Positions 19,178 through 29,717 of a stretch of 64,000 nucleotides of DNA are shown here, piece after piece. The stretch comes from Sedimentisphaeraceae bacterium JB056 (GTDB lineage Bacteria > Planctomycetota > Phycisphaerae > Sedimentisphaerales > Sedimentisphaeraceae): contig JBITAJ010000017.1 of NCBI GenBank assembly GCA_044440125.1, positions 64,001 to 128,000 on the forward strand, read 5' to 3'. The notes under the pieces are model-generated. The model saw only the letters and a program-made list of their open reading frames with translations, was not told where the DNA came from and did no database searches. How positions within the stretch are numbered: position 1 is the first letter of the stretch; each line of letters begins with the position of its first letter. Position numbers and translations under genes: made by a program.

Positions 19178-20599
19178 ATGGCAGATAAAGTGATAAAAAC
19201 ACAAGGTTTATATTCGGAATTCCCGCGTAAAGGCGGGGCGGCTCCTACGGCTACTCACTATTGCCCGGGCTGCGGTCACGGCATACTTCACAAACTTATC
19301 GGTGAGGCGATGGCTGAGCTTGGTATTCAGGACAGGGCGGTAATGATCAGTCCGGTTGGATGTGCGGTATTTGCGTACTATTATTTCGATTGCGGCAACA
19401 TTCAGGTTGCTCACGGACGTGCTCCGGCAGTTGGTACGGGTGTTTCAAGGGCGCAGGATGATGCGGTTGTTATCGCTTATCAGGGCGATGGTGATTTGGC
19501 GTCTATCGGTCTCAATGAGACAATGCAGGCGGCTAACAGAGGCGAGAAGATCGCTGTATTCTTCGTGAACAACACTGTTTACGGCATGACAGGCGGCCAG
19601 ATGGCTCCTACAACGCTTATCGGTGAAAAAACTGTAACCTGTCCGACAGGTCGTGATCCAAGGCAGGCAGGCTATCCGCTGCATATGTGTGAAATAATCG
19701 ATAATCTCAAGGCTCCGGTATTCATTGAGCGAGTATCCATCTCGGATATGAGCAAAATACGCAAGGCAAGAAAGGCCGTTCGCAAGGCCCTTGAGATTCA
19801 GAGAGACGGCAAGGGCTATGCGTTTGTAGAGGTACTCAGCACATGCCCGACCAACCTTAAGGTTGATGCGATCGAGAATACAAAGTTCATCGATGAGCAA
19901 ATGGAAGCGGAATTCCCGCTTGGCAACTTCCGCGATCTGGCAGATCAGACAGAGCCGCTGAAAAGAAGCGAGAGCAACTTTGACAAGCAGGCGATTGACG
20001 ACTTGTTCGGATTGGCCGAGGGCAGTGATCCTGATGCGACTATTGATGAAAAATATGGACAAATAGGGCTTAAGATGGCCGGCTTTGGCGGTCAGGGCGT
20101 TCTCAGTCTTGGTATCGTAGCGGCAAGAGCGGCTTGCGGGCAAGGACGTCATGTATCGTGGTATCCTTCTTACGGCCCTGAGCAGCGAGGCGGTACGGCA
20201 AACTGTTCGGTTGTGATCTCCGGTTCGCCGGTGGGGTCGCCGGTTGTTTATGAGCCGGATATGCTTGTTGCTATGAATAAGCCTTCGCTTGAAAAGTTCG
20301 CCAATGATGTGAAAGAAGGCGGCTGGATACTTTATGACAAAGTTATCGGCGATTACGACTTCAAAAGCGGTGTGATGGCTGTGGCTGTTCCTGCTATGGA
20401 GCTTGCCGAGAAGCTTGGTTCGGCTAAGGCGGCCAATACATTTATGCTTGGTGTAATGATGCAGGTGGGTGTTACAAAGCTTCCTGAGGAAGCCTTCAAG
20501 AAGGCGCTTGAGAACAACTTTGCCGCGAAACCTAAGCTTGCCGAATTCAACCTCAAGGTGCTTGAGGAAGGCAAGAAGTGGGCGGCGGATAATATCTGA
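19178..20599 (+). CDS. vorA: 2-oxoacid:ferredoxin oxidoreductase fused beta (TPP) + gamma subunit (VorA-type)
   Basis: YCPGCGH, QGDGD TPP motif, YGMTGGQ, then AGFGGQG and SYGPEQRGG. Confidence 0.85.
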   Translation: MADKVIKTQGLYSEFPRKGGAAPTATHYCPGCGHGILHKLIGEAMAELGIQDRAVMISPVGCAVFAYYYFDCGNIQVAHGRAPAVGTGVSRAQDDAVVIAYQGDGDLASIGLNETMQAANRGEKIAVFFVNNTVYGMTGGQMAPTTLIGEKTVTCPTGRDPRQAGYPLHMCEIIDNLKAPVFIERVSISDMSKIRKARKAVRKALEIQRDGKGYAFVEVLSTCPTNLKVDAIENTKFIDEQMEAEFPLGNFRDLADQTEPLKRSESNFDKQAIDDLFGLAEGSDPDATIDEKYGQIGLKMAGFGGQGVLSLGIVAARAACGQGRHVSWYPSYGPEQRGGTANCSVVISGSPVGSPVVYEPDMLVAMNKPSLEKFANDVKEGGWILYDKVIGDYDFKSGVMAVAVPAMELAEKLGSAKAANTFMLGVMMQVGVTKLPEEAFKKALENNFAAKPKLAEFNLKVLEEGKKWAADNI

Positions 20600-20625
20600 T
20601 AACTACCTGAAACAGCGTGATATAT

Positions 20626-20661
20626 AAAAGAGATCGGATTGAAAGTCCGGTCTCTTTTTTT
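20626..20661 (+). terminator. Intrinsic terminator of vor operon
   Basis: AAAAGAGATCGGATT-GAA-AGTCCGGTCTCTTTTTTT. Confidence 0.85.
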
Positions 20662-20662
20662 A

Positions 20663-20691
20663 TTGACAACTTATAATTTGGATAATATACT
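20663..20691 (+). promoter_or_regulatory. Sigma70 promoter
   Basis: TTGACA-17 bp-TATACT. Confidence 0.7.
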
Positions 20692-20751
20692 TGCTTTCCT
20701 CTGGTTTACTTCAGTTTGATATTGGTATTATTTTATTAGGGGAGATATTGA

Positions 20752-21534
20752 ATGTATTGTCCAAAATGCGGCACGCTTAATCCAGACGACGGCAAGTTGT
20801 GTCAGGTATGCAGTTGGGTTCTCAGAGGGGAAGGCAATTCAACGATTGCCGAAAATCCTGAGGCTAAAATGAGTAAGATGGCGGTCACTTCGCTTGTGTT
20901 GGGAATTCTTGGAGCTTTCACCTTTGGCATTACTATTCTGCCGGCCATGATACTCGGGCTTATAGCCATGTTCAAGATTGACAGAAGTGCCGGTCGGCTT
21001 CGAGGCAAGGGGTTTGCTATAGCGGGCTTATGTTTAACGGTTTTTATTTTTCCTATTTTCATGGCTATTATGATGCCGGCTCTTGGTCAGGCGCGAGGTA
21101 TGGCTCAACGATTAATATGTGGTGAAAATCTTATAGGGCTTGGTATTGCTGTTCAGGTGTATGCCAACGATAATGAGGGCAAGGTGCCGGAGGGATATGA
21201 TTGGTGTGATGTGCTGATTACCGATTGTGATGTATCTGAGAAGCAGTTTGAATGTCCGAGAATGAAAGAAGAAAGTTCTGCGTATGCTCTCAATATAAAT
21301 GCGGCAGGTAAGGAGCTTGCCTCCCTACCCGCTGATATGGTTTTGCTTTATGAGAGTGTGCCGGGGTGGAATAACTGCGGCGGTTCTGAGCTATTGAATG
21401 TTGAAAATCATAGTGGTAATGGATGTAATATACTGTTTTGTGATGGACAGGTGTCATTTATTAAGACTTATGAATTGGATTATCTAATCTGGACTGAAGA
21501 AGAGGCAGAGGAGGTTGGCTATGCTCAAGACTAA
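20752..21534 (+). CDS. Zinc-ribbon + DUF4190-like membrane region + pilin-like (H-X9-DG-type) domain
   Basis: CPKCG...CQVC; MAVTSLVLGI...[18 protein letters not shown]...C..NL; HSGNGCNILFCDG. Confidence 0.8.
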   Translation: MYCPKCGTLNPDDGKLCQVCSWVLRGEGNSTIAENPEAKMSKMAVTSLVLGILGAFTFGITILPAMILGLIAMFKIDRSAGRLRGKGFAIAGLCLTVFIFPIFMAIMMPALGQARGMAQRLICGENLIGLGIAVQVYANDNEGKVPEGYDWCDVLITDCDVSEKQFECPRMKEESSAYALNINAAGKELASLPADMVLLYESVPGWNNCGGSELLNVENHSGNGCNILFCDGQVSFIKTYELDYLIWTEEEAEEVGYAQD

Positions 21535-22402
21535 GAAATACATCAATTACAGCGATATCGTAAGCTTTTCGTGGAATCTTGTTACCTCCAATATTGGGCT
21601 TTTCATAAAAGTCGTGCTCACCTATATAATTGTACTTGGAATAACTTTGGGTGCCCAGATTTATATTGAGGAAAATTATCTATCTGAACAGCGGCAATTC
21701 GATGGTGCCGCTTATGGCCAGGCCAATATGCAAGATACCTATCAAACTTCGCCAATGGACGAAGGGCAGGCTTCTTATCCTGAAGCTGCAGTCCAGGCAA
21801 GAGAAGAGACGATTGCCGGGGTTGTAAATTTCGTTCTGTCGATTGTATATAATATACTTTGTGTGGTGATGGGAATTGGTTTTTTCAGAATAATATTTAC
21901 TTTGTTCGATGGTGGGAAGGCGAAGTTGAGTATGCTGTTTTGTACAGGCGGATGTTTCTGGCGATTTGTACTTACAACGATCCTATTCTATCTTGTTGTT
22001 CTTTTGGGGTATATTCTTCTGATAGTACCTGGAATTATATTCGCAGTGAAATTCAGTCTTGCACCGTTTTTTGTGATCGATAAGGGGCTTGGTCCTATCC
22101 AGGCATTGAAGGCCAGCTCAAGGGCGACTGCTTATATGAAATGGCACTGGTTTGGGTTTATGTTCGTGGCATACATGGTAATGTTTGCCGGGTTTATGGT
22201 TTTGGGAATAGGTGCGATTGTTTCTTATCCTGTGGGGCTTGTGATGCTTGCTCTTGGTTTCAGGCAGCTTGCCGCTCAGACGCCTGAGCTTGAGGAGTTT
22301 GGTGTAAAGACAATGTTCCAAACTCAGCAGCCGGCAGCGGAGCCAGTTTACCAAACAGAACCACAACAGATTCCGCAGCAACCGACAGATACGGATGTGT
22401 GA
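21521..22402 (+). CDS. Integral membrane protein (DUF975-like)
   Basis: GGAGG SD; LLIVPGII...PFFVIDKGLGPIQALKAS. Confidence 0.75.
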   Translation: MLKTKKYINYSDIVSFSWNLVTSNIGLFIKVVLTYIIVLGITLGAQIYIEENYLSEQRQFDGAAYGQANMQDTYQTSPMDEGQASYPEAAVQAREETIAGVVNFVLSIVYNILCVVMGIGFFRIIFTLFDGGKAKLSMLFCTGGCFWRFVLTTILFYLVVLLGYILLIVPGIIFAVKFSLAPFFVIDKGLGPIQALKASSRATAYMKWHWFGFMFVAYMVMFAGFMVLGIGAIVSYPVGLVMLALGFRQLAAQTPELEEFGVKTMFQTQQPAAEPVYQTEPQQIPQQPTDTDV

Positions 22403-22989
22403 TGGTAAAATCAACCGTTTCCGATAGACCAAAGTCCAAGGTTAGTAAGACGGTTTGTATATCGCTTTTCTTGAGCGTACTGGTATTACTGACTTTGGGG
22501 CTTATAATCTGGCCTGCCGTTAGAGTTGTAATGTCTTTGGGGAATCGATTGATATGCGGCACTAATCTTGTGGGCGTTGGTGTGGCGGTTTCTGTTTACT
22601 CAGATGATTATGATGGCAGAGTTCCGGAATGTGATAATTGGAATGATATATTGATTGCCGAATGCGATGTGTTACGTAAACAGTTTCAGTGCAATTATAT
22701 GAAAGGTGAAGGTTCCTCTTATGCTCTCAACGCAAATGCGGCAGGTAAAGAACTCGAATCGTTGCCTGCTGATATGGTTTTGATTTATGAAAGCGTGCCG
22801 GGATGGAATAGATGCGGTGGTTCTGAATTATTGAATATTGAAAATCATGATGGAGAAGGGTGTAGTGTTCTGTTTTGCAGCGGGGCTGTGTCATTTGTTA
22901 AAACTGAAGAATTAGACTCTCTTGTCTGGAGTGAAGAACAGGCATCAGAGGTGGACGCTGCTGAGGATGCTAAGGTGACTCAAGAATAA
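22399..22989 (+). CDS. Single-TM pilin-like domain protein, paralog of the C-terminal half of 20752..21534
   Basis: Shared SSYALN.NAAGKEL.SLPADMVL.YESVPGWN.CGGSELLN.ENH; colinear DNA similarity. Confidence 0.8.
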   Translation: MMVKSTVSDRPKSKVSKTVCISLFLSVLVLLTLGLIIWPAVRVVMSLGNRLICGTNLVGVGVAVSVYSDDYDGRVPECDNWNDILIAECDVLRKQFQCNYMKGEGSSYALNANAAGKELESLPADMVLIYESVPGWNRCGGSELLNIENHDGEGCSVLFCSGAVSFVKTEELDSLVWSEEQASEVDAAEDAKVTQE

Positions 22990-23009
22990 TTGGTAAGAAA
23001 GTATGATGC

Positions 23010-23438
23010 ATGAATAAAGAAATTACAGGCAGGGTATTGAGTTGTGTGTTAATAGCTTCCGCTTTTGGCTGGGGGATATCGGCTGCCGGAATTTTTGCAT
23101 CCTGGGATTTTGTAGTAGATCAATTGAATGGACTTGGCGGTGATGTGTCTGGTGATCCAATGCTCAATTACTGGTTCAGGATGACTGCGGTGGCGTTTAC
23201 TTTTATAGGCTGTCATTTTCTCTATCTGTCAATCAAACCGGAGACTAAGATTGTTCAGCTTAAAATCGCAGCGTTCTTTAAGTTGGTTCTGGGGGTTGTA
23301 TTATTGTTCTATTGGGCGAAGCTCAAACTGTTTATCATTCCATGCGGCGTTGATGCTCTTTTCTGTCTGGCGGCAGGTGGTTCAATTCTGCTGTGTGTTT
23401 TCAAAATAGATAAAGGGGCTAAAGCAGATTATGAATAA
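23010..23438 (+). CDS. Four-TM membrane protein
   Basis: Hydrophobic segments; operon-like spacing. Confidence 0.7.
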   Translation: MNKEITGRVLSCVLIASAFGWGISAAGIFASWDFVVDQLNGLGGDVSGDPMLNYWFRMTAVAFTFIGCHFLYLSIKPETKIVQLKIAAFFKLVLGVVLLFYWAKLKLFIIPCGVDALFCLAAGGSILLCVFKIDKGAKADYE

Positions 23439-24510
23439 CAAGCTTAGAGATAAAATTAGGTATGAATATCTTTATGAAGATGAAGAGATAATAAATATAA
23501 TACTAGTTACTATGTGTGAGAATGCTTATATTAAAAAAGGCATGGCGACTTACTTTATATTGACAGATGAAAATGTATGTTTTTATCTTAAAAAAGGACT
23601 ACTTGGTTCAACGGATGTATTTGTTAGATGTGATATTACAGATATTAACTCTATTACTATCCACAATAAACACATCTGCCATAAAATTAAAATAAAGTTA
23701 TCTGATGACGAGATAGAATTCGATCTGTATAAAACAGGATGGAAGCTTGAGGAAATAATTGAACAATTAATCTCGCTTAGAGAGTCTGGTGTTAAAATAT
23801 ACCATGAAGAGTCCTATCCAATAAAAGCGATAGCTGCAATAAGTATCTTTTGTATTATCACTGTTGTCATTATTTCGGCTATTTTGCCATCCAATTCTGA
23901 ATCGAATTCTAAAGAACAGACTAATAACTCAACTCAAGTAATCGAGGAGAAAGAATTTATTAAGAGGTTGGATAGGGCTGGTGCTTCAAATAGAGTAATA
24001 CGTTATTTTAGAGACAATAAAACGTTGTTAGATATTAATAGTAAGTCTTACGATTTTTTTATCAAATCAGCTAAACGAGGTAATATATATGATGAACAAA
24101 AAGTTAAAGTCATTTTTAACGGGGATATAATTTTTACTTATGTCCTGCAATTTAGAGGTTCTCTCGGAATAGTTTTTCTTGACAGTTATTATGGTGAGTT
24201 TCTTGATTATGTATATGATGAAAAACAAATAAGTAATTACCCTGAAATACCAGAATTTGAAATAGCTCATGGACTATTTCTTGGGACAGGTCAGATTGAT
24301 TTGGATATAGTTATACCAAGTCTTCAAAAAAGTATGTCGGCTAAGGAAATAAAAAACATCGCATCATCATTGTTGGAACTTACAGAAGCAGATATTGTGT
24401 GCTTGTATAATTCCAAAGCTGCTCAGGAAAAAGCGATGAATGGATCAGGAAATTATTCATGGGGTTATTTTGGCAGATTTACTAATGGTAAATATAACGA
24501 TGTTTTTTAG
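23431..24510 (+). CDS. AT-rich hypothetical protein: bacterial PH-like N-domain, one TM, soluble C-domain
   Basis: YFILTDENVCFYLKKGLLG...DINSI pattern; TM AIAAISIFCIITVVIISAIL. Confidence 0.65.
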   Translation: MNNKLRDKIRYEYLYEDEEIINIILVTMCENAYIKKGMATYFILTDENVCFYLKKGLLGSTDVFVRCDITDINSITIHNKHICHKIKIKLSDDEIEFDLYKTGWKLEEIIEQLISLRESGVKIYHEESYPIKAIAAISIFCIITVVIISAILPSNSESNSKEQTNNSTQVIEEKEFIKRLDRAGASNRVIRYFRDNKTLLDINSKSYDFFIKSAKRGNIYDEQKVKVIFNGDIIFTYVLQFRGSLGIVFLDSYYGEFLDYVYDEKQISNYPEIPEFEIAHGLFLGTGQIDLDIVIPSLQKSMSAKEIKNIASSLLELTEADIVCLYNSKAAQEKAMNGSGNYSWGYFGRFTNGKYNDVF

Positions 24511-24535
24511 ATTTTGTTTAGTCTGGAGATGAATA

Positions 24536-25816
24536 ATGAGTTTGGCAAAGATGCGGTTTAGTGCTTCAATCCTTGGCAGAGAATTTATAGCGGGTTTGAC
24601 CACTTATCTGACGATGTCTTATATAGTGTTTGTTAATCCGGGGATTCTTGCTGAGGCCGGCATGGACAGAGCGGCTCTTATCGCTGTTACGTGTCTTGTA
24701 AGTGCGGCTGCATCAATCATCAGCGGGCTCTATACCAATACGCCCATCGCGATGGCTCCGGGGATGGGGCTGAACGCATTCTTCACATACACACTTGTAG
24801 TCGGTGACGGCATGAGCTGGCAGGCGGCGCTCGGTGTTGTATTCATATCGGGCTTGAGCTTTTTTATCCTGACCTGTTTTGGCATACGCAAGATGTTTGC
24901 TGAGGCGATTCCGGCAAATCTGCTCAAGGCGATTTCTGTCGGCATAGGACTTTTCATTGCGTTTATCGGTTTGCAGAAGCTTGGCTTGATCGTTGCCGAT
25001 CCGGTTACGTTTGTGAAGGCGGGCGATTTGAACGCGAATATATTTACAGGTTTTGCCGGTTTGCTTGTGATGCTGTTTCTCAAACACTATAACAAGAGCT
25101 ATGCGATGATAGCGGGTATTGCCGCGGCTACTGTGATCGGCTTTTTGCGGGGCGATGTGAGCATGCCTGATGAAGTTATGACTTCATCTTTAGGCATAGG
25201 CAAAATTGCTCTGAAACTCGATATTCTTGCGGCATTGAAAATCAGCTTTCTCTCGCATATCTTCACGTTGATGTTTGTTGACATGTTTGACAGTTTGGGG
25301 ACGATAACTGGTATCCTTGATTCGCATCCAGATGCCGCCGGTAAAAGCAAAAATCCGGTGGGGCGGCTGCTGATGGCAGACTCTGTTGCAACGATGTTTG
25401 GTGCGGTGCTTGGCACATCCACGACAACCGCTTATATCGAATCTGCGGCAGGAGTCGAGGAAGGCGGCAGAACCGGAATGACGGCAATATTTACAGGGCT
25501 TCTATTCGCAGTTACAATGTTCTTCGTTCCACTGATTGGGATTGTGCCTGGGTATGCGGTGGCTCCGGCTTTAATTATGGTTGGGTTTGCGATGACGGCA
25601 AATATCAAAAACATCGACTTTAAAAATGTAGAGCAGGCATTCCCTGCTTTTGTTACGATACTGATGATTGCTTTGAGCTACAGCATAAGCACAGGTCTTG
25701 CTTTTGGATTTTTGACATACACAGTATTGCACGCCCTGACAGGCAAGGTGAGAGAAATAAAACCATTGATGTGGATTATAACACTGCTGTCGATATTATT
25801 CCTTATACTTAATTGA
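24536..25816 (+). CDS. NCS2/AzgA-family purine permease
   Basis: AGLTTYLTMSYIVFVNP, MAPGMGLNAFF, YIESAAGVEEGGRTG. Confidence 0.93.
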   Translation: MSLAKMRFSASILGREFIAGLTTYLTMSYIVFVNPGILAEAGMDRAALIAVTCLVSAAASIISGLYTNTPIAMAPGMGLNAFFTYTLVVGDGMSWQAALGVVFISGLSFFILTCFGIRKMFAEAIPANLLKAISVGIGLFIAFIGLQKLGLIVADPVTFVKAGDLNANIFTGFAGLLVMLFLKHYNKSYAMIAGIAAATVIGFLRGDVSMPDEVMTSSLGIGKIALKLDILAALKISFLSHIFTLMFVDMFDSLGTITGILDSHPDAAGKSKNPVGRLLMADSVATMFGAVLGTSTTTAYIESAAGVEEGGRTGMTAIFTGLLFAVTMFFVPLIGIVPGYAVAPALIMVGFAMTANIKNIDFKNVEQAFPAFVTILMIALSYSISTGLAFGFLTYTVLHALTGKVREIKPLMWIITLLSILFLILN

Positions 25817-25992
25817 GTGTGTATTTGATATGCCGTAATTTCAAGTTGTGGCTGTTACTCAGGTAATGTAAGTATTTTAAGTTAATTCATTGTGTATTTG
25901 TGTTCTATGTGCTAAAATGCAATGTGTAAGTATTGACGGTGATGTTATAAGAAAGTATTGGTTGTTAATACAATACTAAAAGGAGGAGAACT

Positions 25993-28900
25993 ATGTATCA
26001 AAAGTTATTGATTTTAATGCTTCCTGCATTTTGTCTGGCAGTGGAGATTAATGTGCCAGCGGATTATGCTACTATTGCTGAGGCGATTAATGCTTCTCAA
26101 AATGGAGATACTGTCATACTTGCCGATGGCGTATATAAAGGTGATGGCAATCGTGACATTACAATTGAGCAAGAACGCACACTAATTATTAAGAGTGAAA
26201 ATGGGCCAAAAAGTTGCATAATCAATTGCGAAGGGACTTCTGAGAATAGTCATAATGCATTTGTCATTAACGGCAGGGGTTGCGTGTTAGAAGGGGTGAC
26301 AATAACTCATAGCTATAGCTTGACACCTGCTTTGCAGGTCAACAACCTGGATACCGTAATTATTAACTGTATATTTACAGAGAATTATGGTGGAATCGGT
26401 ATTAAATCCGATTTCTTTCCGACAGTAGTCGGTTGCTTATTTGCAGAAAACAGCATTTACTCTGAACTTGACCCTCAATACAACAGCCCATTCCTTTACT
26501 ATATTGGTTTTGTTAAATTCGAACATTGCACTTTTGTCAAAAACATAAACATAACATCAGTAAATTTATTATTCTGTGAGATAAGAAACTGTATATTCTG
26601 GGATTACCAGATAAATGAGGAAATAGAACCTTGGTACGTCCTGCCTGATGCCGTTAAACTTGAAAACGGCAATTTTGTTGAGCATACGGAATCACCCAAT
26701 CCAGAATTTGCGGGTTTAGAAAATGGTGATTACAGACTCAGTTCTTCATCTCCCTGTATTGATGCTTCGATAGACAGCAGTAACATTGTTTATTCACGTC
26801 CTGATATAGACGGTACTTCCAGATTAGTGGGCGACTTCGCTGATTGCGGTGCTTACGAATACAAAAATCCAATGGATTTTAATATTGATGGTAGAACAAA
26901 TTTGCAGGATTTCAAAACAGTTGCAGACTATTGGCTGATAGACTATTTCCCACAGGATGTTGCAGCTCTCGCGAATAATTGGTTATGCTCATCCAATATT
27001 TTTCAGAGGGCAGTTTGGAGATTTGAAAATCCTGACTCATTAGTTGTTAAAGATGATTCAGGTAATGGTAATAATGCGATACTTCACGGAGAAGCAAAAA
27101 TTGTCAATGATTCGCAGCGAGGTAATGTGCTTTATTTCAATGGCGAAAGTAGTTATATGACAGCGCCAGGATTGAAGGGGAAAAATGGTGATTTTTGTGT
27201 GTCATTCTGGGCAAAATTCCCATTCAAAACTGAAGAAGAAATAGAAGAATTATCTACTCAGAGAGGAATTGACTATCCACAAATACTATTCTGTTGGGGT
27301 ACAAGAGAAGAAACAAGTATATTTAAGTTGCTTTTTAATCGCAATTACGGCTACGATGTAACTAACATTACAAGTACTAACTGCACGCTAACATTAAACT
27401 ACATTAATTCTAATAAAAAGATATTCATTGATGAATTAGATGATAAATGGCATAAATTTACTATAATTTCAGACCAGAGTAACGAACTTGATCCGAAAGT
27501 GCATGTGTTCCTCGACATACAATATTTGCAAGCATTCAATTTAGAAGATATACGAACTATACCTGATGAAGACATGATTATTGGACGTAATTTCAATATC
27601 GATAATCCAATGTTTTTGAAGGGGTGTATAGATGATTTTGTTGTAACTGACAGCAATTTCACAATGCCTGCTATCTTACCAAACAGAAAACATATACACT
27701 TAAGTTTTGAATTTGATAATCCTGTACAATCTTTCTCAGAGACCAACAAGAGATTCGATACAAAACTGGCGGGCATGGTTAGTGAGATTGAAATGAGAGA
27801 CAGCAATGTTGAGGTTGAGAAAAAAGGACTGTACTTTTCGGGTATCAATTCATATATACGAGTTAACGGCTATAAAGGTATAACAGGTATGTCAAAGCGG
27901 GTTATCTCAATGCAATTAACTAACTGTGAATCTGGAGGGATTATCTGCTGGGGCTCGACTGAAGATGGCCGAAGGTGGTTTTTATTTATAGAGGATAGTT
28001 GTCTATGGATTGGTATGCTCGGCAACAGATTTATAAATACTGGTATATATCTCTCACAATGGGATGACTGGACTAACTTGACCGTTATAGTGCCTCAGCT
28101 TCCTTTGCCTACATTAAACGATATAATAGTCATAGCTGAAGATTATGTCTATACCTCATTTGGTGATTTTTTTGATCCCTCACTTGTTATAAATACTGGA
28201 GATTCTTCTGATGTTATAATAGGTGCGGGAGTCTTAGGTGACGGCAGCATTGGTCGATTCTATAATGGCGCAATCCGAGAAGTGGTAATAGCAGAAAACT
28301 ATGCAGATACTTTTTATCCTGACTTTGCAGACTTATGGCTTCCTCTTGAAAGTTTAGAAACAGATATGTCTCCGGATCTGAGTCCATACAAGAGAGAGTA
28401 CTCAATAATAGGATTACCGCATACTGACAGTGATACCTTTATTGGAGATTTTGCAACCTTCGACTTGAATCAAGTCTTTATTGATGGTACTGCTATCGCT
28501 GGAGCGAATCCAAGGAGTGTTACCGGGTGGGTACGTACAACTGATACTGAAGGTGAAATAATTGGATGGGGCGAGAAAGGTCAAGGTACTAAGTGGCTTA
28601 TCCGCACAGCAATGCTTGCAGATGATTATGGTGTGTTGAGAACAGAAATAGGAGATGGTTATATCGTAGGCAATACCAATATTTGCGATGGTAATTGGCA
28701 TCATTTCGCAGTTGTTCAGGAATTTGCATATCTGCCGTTCACTAAATTGTATATTGATGGACAGATAGAAACACTTTCTGAAATATCTCCGCAATGGATT
28801 AGTACCGAGACTAATGATCTGCATTCATATAAGGATTATACATATCATCCCGACAATATATCAATCGGAGGTTTTCAAAAGGAAGGTCAAAGATTTTATA

Positions 28901-28998
28901 ATGGAGATATGGCGAAGATTAGAGTCTATTCTCGAGCAATAACTGCTGATGAAATAAAGGAAGAATACTCAAAGGTTCTTAATGATTGTGGTGTTTGA
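25993..28998 (+). CDS. Secreted beta-helix + dockerin-like motif + three LamG-like domains
   Basis: VPADYATIAEAI..SQNGDTVILADGVY; DYRLSSSSPCID..D.GAYE; DFNIDGRTNLQDF; DGNWHHFAVV, RVYSRAIT. Confidence 0.85.
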   Translation: MYQKLLILMLPAFCLAVEINVPADYATIAEAINASQNGDTVILADGVYKGDGNRDITIEQERTLIIKSENGPKSCIINCEGTSENSHNAFVINGRGCVLEGVTITHSYSLTPALQVNNLDTVIINCIFTENYGGIGIKSDFFPTVVGCLFAENSIYSELDPQYNSPFLYYIGFVKFEHCTFVKNINITSVNLLFCEIRNCIFWDYQINEEIEPWYVLPDAVKLENGNFVEHTESPNPEFAGLENGDYRLSSSSPCIDASIDSSNIVYSRPDIDGTSRLVGDFADCGAYEYKNPMDFNIDGRTNLQDFKTVADYWLIDYFPQDVAALANNWLCSSNIFQRAVWRFENPDSLVVKDDSGNGNNAILHGEAKIVNDSQRGNVLYFNGESSYMTAPGLKGKNGDFCVSFWAKFPFKTEEEIEELSTQRGIDYPQILFCWGTREETSIFKLLFNRNYGYDVTNITSTNCTLTLNYINSNKKIFIDELDDKWHKFTIISDQSNELDPKVHVFLDIQYLQAFNLEDIRTIPDEDMIIGRNFNIDNPMFLKGCIDDFVVTDSNFTMPAILPNRKHIHLSFEFDNPVQSFSETNKRFDTKLAGMVSEIEMRDSNVEVEKKGLYFSGINSYIRVNGYKGITGMSKRVISMQLTNCESGGIICWGSTEDGRRWFLFIEDSCLWIGMLGNRFINTGIYLSQWDDWTNLTVIVPQLPLPTLNDIIVIAEDYVYTSFGDFFDPSLVINTGDSSDVIIGAGVLGDGSIGRFYNGAIREVVIAENYADTFYPDFADLWLPLESLETDMSPDLSPYKREYSIIGLPHTDSDTFIGDFATFDLNQVFIDGTAIAGANPRSVTGWVRTTDTEGEIIGWGEKGQGTKWLIRTAMLADDYGVLRTEIGDGYIVGNTNICDGNWHHFAVVQEFAYLPFTKLYIDGQIETLSEISPQWISTETNDLHSYKDYTYHPDNISIGGFQKEGQRFYNGDMAKIRVYSRAITADEIKEEYSKVLNDCGV

Positions 28999-29224
28999 TT
29001 TTCTGGGAAATATAATAAGAGTGGTTTGTGTAGACAAAAATTAGTGCAGCTATGGAAGAAAGTATTCAAAATTTTTTAATTACGAAATATGTTCAATAGT
29101 AAAGTTTGTGTTTGAACTTAACATTTTGCATTTATATATATTTCGAGTATAGTATATTTTAGTGACTGCTTAAAAAAGGTTGAAGCGAAGCAGCTTCAAG
29201 GAATTAACTTTTGAAAGGTATCCG

Positions 29225-29713
29225 ATGAACGGTTCAGGGACAGAAGATAAACCAGAGATTAAAATACGTGTTGCTACGATTGACGATCTTGCGAAGATAT
29301 TCCATCTTGGCGAGAAGGTTTTTACGCCGCAGGAAGTTTCAAATCTTTATCGAACATGGGATGAGTATGAGGTTACTCATTTATTCAATGTAGAGCCTGA
29401 TCATCTTCTTGTTGCTGAGGTTGACGAGAAGTTTGCGGGTTTCTGTCTTGGCTCTGTTATAGAGAAGGCAAGGTCGGCATGGAGCTATGGCCATCTTGTG
29501 TGGCTTGCGGTCGATCCTGAATATGAAGGACAGGGGATTGCGGGGCAGTTGTTTGATGAGTTCCACGATATGATGGATAAAGAAGGCGTTCGAATGCTTA
29601 TTGTCGATACGCAGGCCGACAATGACAGGGCAATAAACTTCTTTACCCGTAAAGGTTTTACCAATCCTATAGATCATGTTTACATGACATTGAATATTAA
29701 AAGCAGCGGTTGA
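29225..29713 (+). CDS. GNAT-family N-acetyltransferase
   Basis: LAVDPEYEGQGIA acetyl-CoA motif; N.RAINFF.RKGF. Confidence 0.9.
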   Translation: MNGSGTEDKPEIKIRVATIDDLAKIFHLGEKVFTPQEVSNLYRTWDEYEVTHLFNVEPDHLLVAEVDEKFAGFCLGSVIEKARSAWSYGHLVWLAVDPEYEGQGIAGQLFDEFHDMMDKEGVRMLIVDTQADNDRAINFFTRKGFTNPIDHVYMTLNIKSSG

Positions 29714-29717
29714 AGGT

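Noticed and set aside
19445..20152. 235-aa antisense ORF (likewise 41871-42614, 60592-61173 and other shadow ORFs)
   Set aside because: Antisense or alternate-frame shadows of well-supported genes with no recognisable motifs
24511..24535. Purine riboswitch before the NCS2 permease
   Set aside because: Only 25 bp of intergenic space
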